Shown piece by piece: positions 19,479 through 24,000 of a stretch of DNA of 24,000 nt. Source of the DNA: Allohahella marinimesophila (GTDB taxonomy: Bacteria > Pseudomonadota > Gammaproteobacteria > Pseudomonadales > Oleiphilaceae); contig NZ_BAABBO010000016.1 of the NCBI RefSeq assembly GCF_039538005.1, positions 59,974-83,973 of the forward strand. The letters are read 5' to 3'. Position 1 is the first letter of the stretch. Every line of letters begins with the position of its first letter. A model generated the notes under the pieces. The model was not told where the DNA came from and did not search any database. It was given only the letters and a program-made list of their open reading frames with translations. The position numbers were made by a program, and so were the translations under genes.

Positions 19479-19985
19479 TTAAGGTTTGGATTGGTCGAGT
19501 GCCTGTTGTGGCGAATCAGCCCCGGGCGCATCAGCAGGCTCCGGAGTGACGTCCTGTGGCAACAGTTTGATGGCCTGCTTGCGGGCCTTGGTTCGAATTT
19601 CGGGGGTGACATAAGCGGATAGCATCGCCAGTGCTGACAGCATGACGCCAACGTCATCGGTGTAGCCCAGCACCGGCGTCAAATCGGGAATCGCATCTAC
19701 CAGCGAAATGAAATAGCCGAGGGCGCCATAGATGGCGGTTTTACACCACACAGGTGTTTCCGGAGCGCGAGCGGTGTAGTAAAGGGTGAGGGCAAGCTCG
19801 ATAGTCTGAAACCCGGCCTTCCGGCCAGAACCGATGATCTTTCGCCACAGGCGGGAAGGATCGAATCGTTTGGCGAACTCTTTATTCTCTTTTTCACTCA
19901 GCAGGGCGCTGCTGGCTGAAGCCGGCGTCACGGTCTCTGCCGCTGTATTGTCTTTTTTCTTCCAGAACATAAGTTGCTGCCTCAT
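19479..19985 (-). CDS. DUF1232 (YkvA-family) membrane protein
   Basis: 168 aa. The core ALGYFISLVDAIPDLTPVLGYTDDVGVML matches the DUF1232 signature (..P.D.IPD..P..G..DD). Its ATG overlaps the stop of the upstream gene (ATGA, 19982-19985). Confidence 0.75.
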   Translation of the reverse strand: MRQQLMFWKKKDNTAAETVTPASASSALLSEKENKEFAKRFDPSRLWRKIIGSGRKAGFQTIELALTLYYTARAPETPVWCKTAIYGALGYFISLVDAIPDLTPVLGYTDDVGVMLSALAMLSAYVTPEIRTKARKQAIKLLPQDVTPEPADAPGADSPQQALDQSKP

Positions 19986-20938
19986 TCGCCTTGGATTCCT
20001 TCTGCCTCCTTCAGATTCGCCTGCAGTTCGCGGATCAGAGTCCTGACCTGGCGGGCGCCACGTTCCTGGGAGTGAACGTACCGGGAGAGCTTGTTGTTTC
20101 TGATGAGTGTTCTGATTTCGTCAACGTACACCTGCCCACGCTGGGAGTATGATACCAGCCCTTCTGCAAGCAAAGCACCATCCGGGGCCTGACCAGCCTC
20201 GATGGCGGCAACACGCAGGGCCCGAAGATCAGTATAAGCGGGATGGCCATTGATGTTCAGCAGATAGGCCACGACCGAATCGTAAACCGAGGCGAAGGAG
20301 GCCACTTCGTGTGCCCCGTCAGCTGGGCGAGCACGGGGGACCATGCCACAGCCCTGCTGGAAGCACCACTGACCGAAAAGATTGTTTCCCATTCGCGCGA
20401 AACGGGACGTGCCCCATGCTGACTCTATCGCGGCCTGGGCGAGGGGGAGCGAAGCTGGTACTGGTAGCAGCCGCTGTTCCAATGCCTTCAGGCGCTCATG
20501 AAGCTGGGCAAGCTCGACTGGGTTGAACATCGGACTGCCGGCATCGCGAAGATAGCGCTCTGCCAGCAAATTGACATAAACGAGTGCATCGGGCTCCAGG
20601 ACTGTGGTCTGCGTAGCGTCGGCATCGACAGCGGGGAACGTGGCCCCAATCTGGCTCAGTTTTCGAGCCTGGAAGGCCAGTACATTGTTCGCTGTCTGCA
20701 CCAGCGGAGCGAGATAGTCGAAGAAGAGCAGCTTGCGGGCCTGAGCATCTTCGATAGCCTTGAAGTTCGGCAAAGCTTGCTGCCGCGCCAGCGTTTCTAG
20801 CCGCAGCAACTGTCGCTCGTAGCCACTCAGCGCCTCGCTGCGCTCGAAGCGCTCACTTTCTGCCAGATATAGCACTACACCGCCCGTGAGTACAAGCAGG
20901 CACAGCAGCCAGGTCCTGTAGCGCATTATCAGGGCCAC
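19982..20938 (-). CDS. bax: Bax-family (COG2992) glucosaminidase-domain protein, GH73-like, membrane anchored
   Basis: 318 aa. N-terminal TM helix (TWLLCLLVLTGGVVLYL). Catalytic-Glu motif LAQAAIESAWGTSRFARMGNNLFGQW, then ...SVVAYLLNINGHPAYTDLR..., collinear with E. coli Bax as I recall it. The start is GTG 20938 or ATG 20926. Confidence 0.8.
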   Translation of the reverse strand: MALIMRYRTWLLCLLVLTGGVVLYLAESERFERSEALSGYERQLLRLETLARQQALPNFKAIEDAQARKLLFFDYLAPLVQTANNVLAFQARKLSQIGATFPAVDADATQTTVLEPDALVYVNLLAERYLRDAGSPMFNPVELAQLHERLKALEQRLLPVPASLPLAQAAIESAWGTSRFARMGNNLFGQWCFQQGCGMVPRARPADGAHEVASFASVYDSVVAYLLNINGHPAYTDLRALRVAAIEAGQAPDGALLAEGLVSYSQRGQVYVDEIRTLIRNNKLSRYVHSQERGARQVRTLIRELQANLKEAEGIQGE

Positions 20939-20952
20939 AGGGCGCCGCGACG

Positions 20953-20995
20953 ACGCTGAATCATCAATAGTCAGTCACCAGCGCCACGCTGAATC
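20953..20995. repeat. 10-bp direct repeat ACGCTGAATC x2 in the 69-bp gap upstream of the bax-like gene
   Basis: Read directly from the sequence: 20953-20962 and 20986-20995 are identical, 33 bp apart start to start. Function unknown. Confidence 0.5.
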
Positions 20996-21007
20996 CGTTT
21001 GACTTGC

Positions 21008-23392
21008 TCAATTAACGGGTAGCACGCGTTCGAGGAAGCCATACACCAGGCCCACACGGTCACCAAACTGCATTCGCATGACGAGCAGATGTTCATCGGC
21101 AGTGACGAAGCCTTCGAGTTTGACTGTGTCAGGTCCGCCTGTAGGGTCCGGGAAGGTCATGGCGACCGCGTTCCCAATGGGGCCGGCTGCCAGTGGCGAA
21201 GCCGTCGCGGTCACAGTGCCAAGCGTCCGGCTCGCGAACGGACGAACTTCTGAGGTGCGTGCGACTTGCTCGGTATAGCGCTCAACAAGGGTCAGCGTTG
21301 GGGTCAGGTCGGGACCAAAGCTCAGTGTGCTGTCGTCAAAGGTGCTCAGACGGTTCACTTCAGGCAGGAAGCCAAGGGTATGGCCTGCCAGTCTAAAGCG
21401 TTTGTTCGCCAGTTCAGGTTGCTCTGTGCTTATTTTCACAGCATGTCCGATGCCGCGCCCTCTCACTGGATACAGACCGGTGCCAATCTGGCCACCAAAC
21501 TCAGCGGTGGTCTGGTCATCTATCGAGAAAGTCAGAATATTGCCAGCGGCATCACTGAAGCCACGCAGATTGCCGACACGAAGGCGGCCACGTGGGATGT
21601 CTTCCTGGCGCTGAACGTTGTCCAGTCCGGTGACGAGCTGTCTGTTGAACAACAACGCCGCATCGAGCGTCGTCGGGCTCTCACCGATAATCGTTGGCGG
21701 CAGGCGGGAGTCGTCCGAATTCAGGGCGGTGCGCACGGTGTAGAACAGGGGGTGACCGCTGATATTCTCCGCAGCACTGGCATCGGGTCTGGATACCGAG
21801 ACACTGTCGCCAGCCGCGTCGAACGACCAGAGCTCGATAGAGCTGAAAAGGCTGACGGCAGGGTCGATACCAAACAGCTCGCTCACGGTGACGAAGCCAT
21901 AGCGACCCTCGGCCACTCGCTCGAGACTGAAATCCCTGCGCTCGACGTTTTCATTGCCGAAGGTGCTGCGCTTGGAATGGAAGTTCCAGGTAACGGCATG
22001 AACATTTTCGAGGGTCTGGGCACGTTGCAGCCCGGAGCCGCTCTGATCCACCAACTCGACGAATTCAGCATCCTGAAAAAAAGCTGATGCCAAAGAGTCA
22101 CTGAAGCTTTCACCACGCTCATCACCGCTACTGACATTACCGCGAAGTGAATACAGCAGTGCTGAGTAGGGCTCCGAGACGTAGCCGGTGGGCGCCGCCG
22201 ATTGCTCGCCAACGACATCCTGAACTTCCAGCTGTGTCAGCTCGAAATTCGCATTGCGCCGCAGCACTGTCGGTATGCCCCGCGCCAGAAAGTTGATTTC
22301 GCTGCGGGTTTCAGTGTCGAGTGGCAAGCGATATTGACCATCGGCGCCACGGGTATTGCTCAAGCGACTGAAGGGAATGGTTTCGGTGATTCGGCTCACG
22401 ATGGCTGGTGTATAGGTCAGCTGGGGATAGGCCAGCTGCGCTTCCTGCGTTGTGCTGCTCACGGCGACGATGGTATCGAGAGCATTGGCGAAAATGGCCG
22501 ATGGACTGGCAGTACCCGGCATGCCCTGGCCAAGGCTCATGGTAAAGCTGGCTGAATGGTAGGTGCCCGCACGGTCCAGCAGTTTGGGGTTGGTGTCTTC
22601 AGCCGAGGTCGGGTTCGGCACCTTGTCGGCGATTATCGTGGCCACCAGCTGGTCGACAGTGTTCTTGAACACAGGCTGCTGGTCGAGCGCAGCAATCGTG
22701 CCGCCGAGGTCGAGCGATGCCGGGAGGCCCAGTTCAAATTCTTCAGTGGTCGCAAACAGTGCACGCCAGTAACGAAGCACAGTGTCGTCCTGAGTCTGGC
22801 AGTTGTCGTCGCGTGTGGCACAGGGAATCAGGTTGTTGAGGCGCGTACTATTGCCGTTCAATGCCGAGAGGAAGGCGCGCGTGGCATATTCGGTTTTTGG
22901 CGAGATTTCGACATTACGATCGGAGCTGGGCAGTCCACGTCGCAATACGGTGCCATCGCTCAAGGTGGCTTCGAACCAGAGGTCCAGCCGTGTGGGTATG
23001 GCAGTCTCGAATGCGACGGTAAAGCGACCGTCGGCACCGAGACCCACCTGATAATCCGCTTCGGCGACAGCGAAGCCATCGAAGGCTTCTCCACTGGCCA
23101 TGAACTGCAGTACCTTGATATCTGCATTCAGCAGGTTGCCTTCGTTGTCCACAACGCTGACGAAGATATTCTGGGCTCTGGCGGGCTGGTCGGGGCACTC
23201 TACCTGCTCGAAATCCTCGGTACAGCTCGGGGGAGGCAGCTGGCCCTGGTCACGAATTCTATCGGTAGACGTCGAGCCATCACATGCGGTAAACACCAAC
23301 ATAGCCAGGAATGGCAGTACGCCTGCCCTGGATCGGTGGAGCAGGTCGGAGAGCATCGTCACGATGCTGGAGGGGGCGCTGGTCTTGATCAT
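21008..23392 (-). CDS. large predicted lipoprotein, no family recognised (hypothetical)
   Basis: 794-aa uninterrupted ORF. N-terminus ...HRSRAGVLPFLAMLVFTAC|DGS gives a lipobox-like VFTAC with Cys37. The mature part has only two short Cys pairs (C-x8-C, C-x6-C) and a beta-rich composition. I recognise no catalytic motif. The start could be ATG 23392 (AGGA 3 nt upstream) or ATG 23356. Confidence 0.7.
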   Translation of the reverse strand: MIKTSAPSSIVTMLSDLLHRSRAGVLPFLAMLVFTACDGSTSTDRIRDQGQLPPPSCTEDFEQVECPDQPARAQNIFVSVVDNEGNLLNADIKVLQFMASGEAFDGFAVAEADYQVGLGADGRFTVAFETAIPTRLDLWFEATLSDGTVLRRGLPSSDRNVEISPKTEYATRAFLSALNGNSTRLNNLIPCATRDDNCQTQDDTVLRYWRALFATTEEFELGLPASLDLGGTIAALDQQPVFKNTVDQLVATIIADKVPNPTSAEDTNPKLLDRAGTYHSASFTMSLGQGMPGTASPSAIFANALDTIVAVSSTTQEAQLAYPQLTYTPAIVSRITETIPFSRLSNTRGADGQYRLPLDTETRSEINFLARGIPTVLRRNANFELTQLEVQDVVGEQSAAPTGYVSEPYSALLYSLRGNVSSGDERGESFSDSLASAFFQDAEFVELVDQSGSGLQRAQTLENVHAVTWNFHSKRSTFGNENVERRDFSLERVAEGRYGFVTVSELFGIDPAVSLFSSIELWSFDAAGDSVSVSRPDASAAENISGHPLFYTVRTALNSDDSRLPPTIIGESPTTLDAALLFNRQLVTGLDNVQRQEDIPRGRLRVGNLRGFSDAAGNILTFSIDDQTTAEFGGQIGTGLYPVRGRGIGHAVKISTEQPELANKRFRLAGHTLGFLPEVNRLSTFDDSTLSFGPDLTPTLTLVERYTEQVARTSEVRPFASRTLGTVTATASPLAAGPIGNAVAMTFPDPTGGPDTVKLEGFVTADEHLLVMRMQFGDRVGLVYGFLERVLPVN

Positions 23393-23472
23393 GATTCCTG
23401 TCTACGTTGAAAGCGGTAAGATCGGGTTGCTGCAGTGTGCCACAGCCGCTGCAGCGATACCGGATTCAGAGC

Positions 23473-24000
23473 TCAAAACTGCAGTCTGAAGCCCAGGTGG
23501 AAACTTTCTTCGAGTGATACATCTGAGCCTTCCTCTGCCTTGGCATGCAGGTGGCGATAGCCCAGATAGACGTCTGCCGCCCGAATGATGCGATAGGTCA
23601 CCTTGGTATCGAAGCGCCAGAATCGATCTGCATCGCCGAAAGCCGTAATCGACGGTGCGACGAAGGCCGCTGCCGTGTAGCCGAGGCCCGGTACCTGTGG
23701 AATATTGAACTGGACGAAGCCACCAATGGGCAGCGCGCCACCTTCGAGGTCATCGCCATTGAACAGATCCAGCTGTCCGCCGATACCGACAGTAGTGGGT
23801 AGATTGCCGATAGCTGTCTGCCCCAGGGCGAGTAATTCGAGATCGAACACTCTGGAGCCGCCTTCGCGATAGACGATGCCGGCGGAGGATCTGAGGCTGC
23901 GCTCTTCATTGAGAAATCTGAGGTCGACTGCGACGGAATCTTCACTGAGCGCGATATCGAGCTCGGAAGCCTGAGCGGGCACGAAGGCTGACATGCCCAG
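23473..24000 (-). CDS. small outer-membrane beta-barrel protein (possibly YfaZ-like); 5' end outside the window
   Basis: The frame stays open through the window edge. ...LGMSAFVPAQA|SELD looks like the end of a signal peptide, so the listed Met at 23994 is probably internal. It shows an alternating hydrophobic pattern, Gly-rich turns and the terminal beta-signal ...FHLGFRLQF. The YfaZ assignment is tentative. Confidence 0.6.
   Translation of the reverse strand: MGMSAFVPAQASELDIALSEDSVAVDLRFLNEERSLRSSAGIVYREGGSRVFDLELLALGQTAIGNLPTTVGIGGQLDLFNGDDLEGGALPIGGFVQFNIPQVPGLGYTAAAFVAPSITAFGDADRFWRFDTKVTYRIIRAADVYLGYRHLHAKAEEGSDVSLEESFHLGFRLQF

Noticed and set aside
21266-23410. 273-aa and 284-aa plus-strand ORFs (21266-22087, 22556-23410) opposite the 794-aa lipoprotein gene
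   Set aside because: The single uninterrupted 794-aa minus-strand frame with a signal/lipobox is the more parsimonious gene. The plus-strand ORFs are fragmented and featureless. I cannot fully exclude them without codon-usage statistics.

Overview
This window reads as conserved chromosomal core of a mid-GC gammaproteobacterium, with Pseudomonas/Oceanospirillales-type synteny (inference from gene order; GC judged by eye). All family calls come from motifs read in the ORF translations and recalled family knowledge; no searches were run.

Layout:
- 1-2757, minus strand: lptA (runs off the edge), lptC, kdsC, kdsD.
- 2900-11620, plus strand: mlaF-E-D-C-B, ibaG (BolA family), murA, hisG, hisD, hisC and a Nif3/YbgI-family gene. 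These are packed tightly, with several start/stop overlaps.
- 11633-14871: divergent zapG(yhcB)/zapE pair and a convergent thiolase.
- 15189-18460: a DUF1302 + DUF1329 secreted/outer-membrane pair, behind a 317-bp AT-rich control region and ending at a bidirectional intrinsic terminator.
- 18558-24000, minus strand: a co-directional cluster of a small beta-barrel OMP (5' end off window), an orphan 794-aa lipoprotein, a Bax/GH73-like glucosaminidase, a DUF1232 membrane protein and a YihG-like acyltransferase.

I saw no rRNA, tRNA, CRISPR array, transposase, integrase, phage gene or recognisable defence gene. Most of the window is ordinary housekeeping. The only candidates for under-described biology are the minus-strand envelope cluster around the 794-aa lipoprotein and the DUF1302/DUF1329 pair. 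A few short intergenic repeats and hairpins are also recorded. None of these is demonstrated to be a novel system from sequence alone.
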